From: Eledone cirrhosa
Lineage: Eukaryota
Assembly: GCA_964016885.1 (NCBI GenBank)
Contig: OZ024741.1
Location: 32,426,001-32,490,000 of the forward strand
Length of the DNA stretch: 64,000 nucleotides
Direction: 5' to 3'
Below, one piece after another: positions 62,101 through 64,000 of the stretch. Numbering within the stretch: position 1 is the first letter of the stretch; each line of letters begins with the position of its first letter. A program made the position numbers and the translations under genes. Under the pieces are notes generated by a model, which was given only the letters and a program-made list of their open reading frames with translations, was not told the DNA's origin and did no database searches.

Positions 62101-64000
62101 ATGGCTGTATAATATTTGTATTTATTCCAGATGTAATAAGCCTACATTTCGCAGTTGTTATACAGCATGGCTGTATAATATTTGTATTTATTCCAGATGT
62201 AATAAGCCTACATATCTCAGATGTTATACAACATGGCTGTATAAGTTTTTGTATTTATTCCATATGTAATAAGCCTACATTTCGCAGTTGTTATACAGCA
62301 TGGCTGTATAATATTTGTATTTATTCAAGATGTAATAAGCCTACATATCTCAAATGTCATACAACATGGCTGTATAATATTTGTATTTATTCCAGATGTA
62401 ATAAGCCTACATATCTCAGTTGTTATACAACATGTCTGTATAATATTTGTATTTATTCCAGATGTAATAAGCCTACATATCTCAGTTGTTATACAACATG
62501 GCTGTATAATATTTGTATTTATTCCAGATGTAATATGCCTACATATCTCAGTTGTTACACAACATGGCTGTATAATATTTGTATTTATTCCAGATGTAAT
62601 AAACATACATGTCTCAGTTGTTATACAACATGTCTGTATAATATCTGTATTTATTCCAGATGTAATAAGCCTACATATCTCAGTTGTTATACAACATGGC
62701 TGTATAATATTTGTATTTATTCCAGATGTAATATGCCTACATATCTCAGTTGTTATACAAAATGGCTGTATAATATTTGTATTTATTCCAGATTTAATAA
62801 GCTTACATATCTCAGTTGTTATGCAACATGGCTGTATAATATTTGTATTTATTCCAGATGTAATAAGCCTACATATCTCAGATGTTATACAACATGGCTG
62901 TATAATATTTGTATTTATTCCAGATGTAATAAGCCTACATTTCGCAGTTGTTATACAGCATGGCTGTATAATATTTGTATTTATTCCAGATGTAATAAGC
63001 CTACATATCTCAGATGTTATACAACATGGCTGTATAATATTTGTATTTATTCCATATGTAATAAGCCTACATTTCGCAGTTGTTATACAGCATGGCTGTA
63101 TAATATTTGTATTTATTCAAGATGTAATAAGCCTACATAACTCAATTGTCATACAACATGGCTGTATAATATTTGTATTTATTCCAGATGTAATAAGCCT
63201 ACATATCTCAGTTGTTATACAACATGGCTGTATAATATTTGTATTTATTCCAGATGTAATAAGCCTACATATCTCAGTTGTTATACAACATGGCTGTATA
63301 ATATTTGTATTTATTCCAGATGTAATAAGCCTACATATCTCAGTTGTTATACAACATGGCTGTATAATATTTGTATTTATTGCAGATGTAATAAACCTAC
63401 ATATCTCAGATGTTATACAACATGGCTGTAGATTATTTGTATTTATTCCAGATGTAATAAACCTACATATCTCAGATGTTATACAACATGGCTGTATAAT
63501 ATTTGTATTTATTCCAGATGTAATAAGCCTACATATCTCAGTTGTTATGCAACATGGCTGTATAATATTTGTATTTATTCCAGATGTAATATGCCTACAT
63601 ATCTCAGTTGTTATACAACATGGCTGTATAATATTTGTATTTATTCCAGATGTAATAAACCTACATATCTCAGTTGTTATACAACATGGCTGTATAATAT
63701 TTGTATTTATTCCAGATGTAATATGCCTACATATCTCAGTTGTTATACAAAATGGCTGTATAATATTTGTATTTATTCCAGATGTAATAAGCCTACATAT
63801 CTCAGTTGTTATACAACATGGCTGTATAATATTTGTATTTATTCCAGATGTAATATGCCTACATATCTCAGTTGTTATACAACATGGCTGTATAATATTT
63901 GTATTTATTCCAGATGTAATAAGCCTACATATCTCAGTCGTTATGCAACATGGCTGTATAATATTTGTATTTATTCCAGATGTAATATGCCTACATATCT
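32100..64000. repeat. Array domain C: higher-order repeat marked by a 67-bp insertion monomer (CTGTATAAGTTTTTGTA), 12 copies
   Basis: The G of TATAAGTTTTTG lies at 33722, 37353, 39334, 43229, 45012, 46993, 51086, 52869, 55312, 57095, 59076 and 62245. Every spacing is n x 66 + 1 (n = 55, 30, 59, 27, 30, 62, 27, 37, 27, 30, 48). The variants TGTAGA, GCAGTTGTAA and ATCTTAG were seen only in this domain. Confidence 0.9.

Larger units (their letters stand above)
1..64000. repeat. 66-bp tandem repeat (satellite DNA) array, ~970 monomers, single orientation, truncated at both window ends
   Basis: The unit TATTTGTATTTATTCCAGATGTAATAAGCCTACATATCTCAG[A/T]TGTTATACAACATGGCTGTATAA starts at 1, 67, 133, ... 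25741 (=1+390x66). The last unit starts at 63962 (=1+969x66+7). The +7 offset equals the 12 one-base insertions minus the 5 one-base deletions I located. Most monomers differ from consensus by only a few substitutions. Confidence 0.99.

Noticed and set aside
146-63140. Dozens of long ORFs (up to 1391 aa) encoding Cys-rich or hydrophobic 22-aa repeats
   Set aside because: They overlap in three frames on both strands and have no unique domains. Starts and stops are sporadic monomer variants, and stops (e.g. TGA at 5076, TAG in TGTAGA) and frameshifts are amplified freely. They are artefacts of a 66-bp period.
1-64000. CRISPR array (66-bp period and a palindromic segment resemble repeat plus spacer)
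   Set aside because: There are no unique spacers: all 66 positions are conserved between units. No leader or cas genes are present.
1-64000. Telomerase-type telomeric repeat or diversity-generating/antigenic-variation cassette array
   Set aside because: There is no short G-rich unit, and variants are inherited in duplicated blocks rather than templated afresh. No reverse transcriptase, recombinase or expression locus is present, and the variation is not obviously adenine-specific.

Overview
The whole 64,000-bp window is one head-to-tail tandem array (satellite DNA) of a 66-bp AT-rich monomer. The consensus is TATTTGTATTTATTCCAGATGTAATAAGCCTACATATCTCAG[A/T]TGTTATACAACATGGCTGTATAA (19/66 = 29% GC, no CpG). 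It holds 969 full monomers plus 39 bp, all in one orientation, and I saw no unique sequence, transposon or inversion. The array runs off both ends. All listed ORFs are read-throughs of this repeat (66 = 22 codons; 3 of 6 frames lack a stop), and I support no gene. The real structure is in the variant monomers, which define three domains. Domain A (1 to ~24.8 kb) is indel-free, with nested higher-order repeats (8-mer, then 47-83-mer, then ~12.4-12.7 kb). Domain B (~24.8-32.1 kb) is more diverged, with five 1-bp deletions and a 3,297-bp duplication. Domain C (~32.1-64 kb) has twelve copies of a 67-bp insertion monomer and several multi-kb duplications. The monomer contains two adjacent quasi-palindromes and an internal direct sub-repeat. 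I found no support for a new protein- or RNA-encoded system; organism, chromosomal location and function cannot be determined from this window. Domain and duplication boundaries were read by eye and are approximate; offsets between marker variants are exact.
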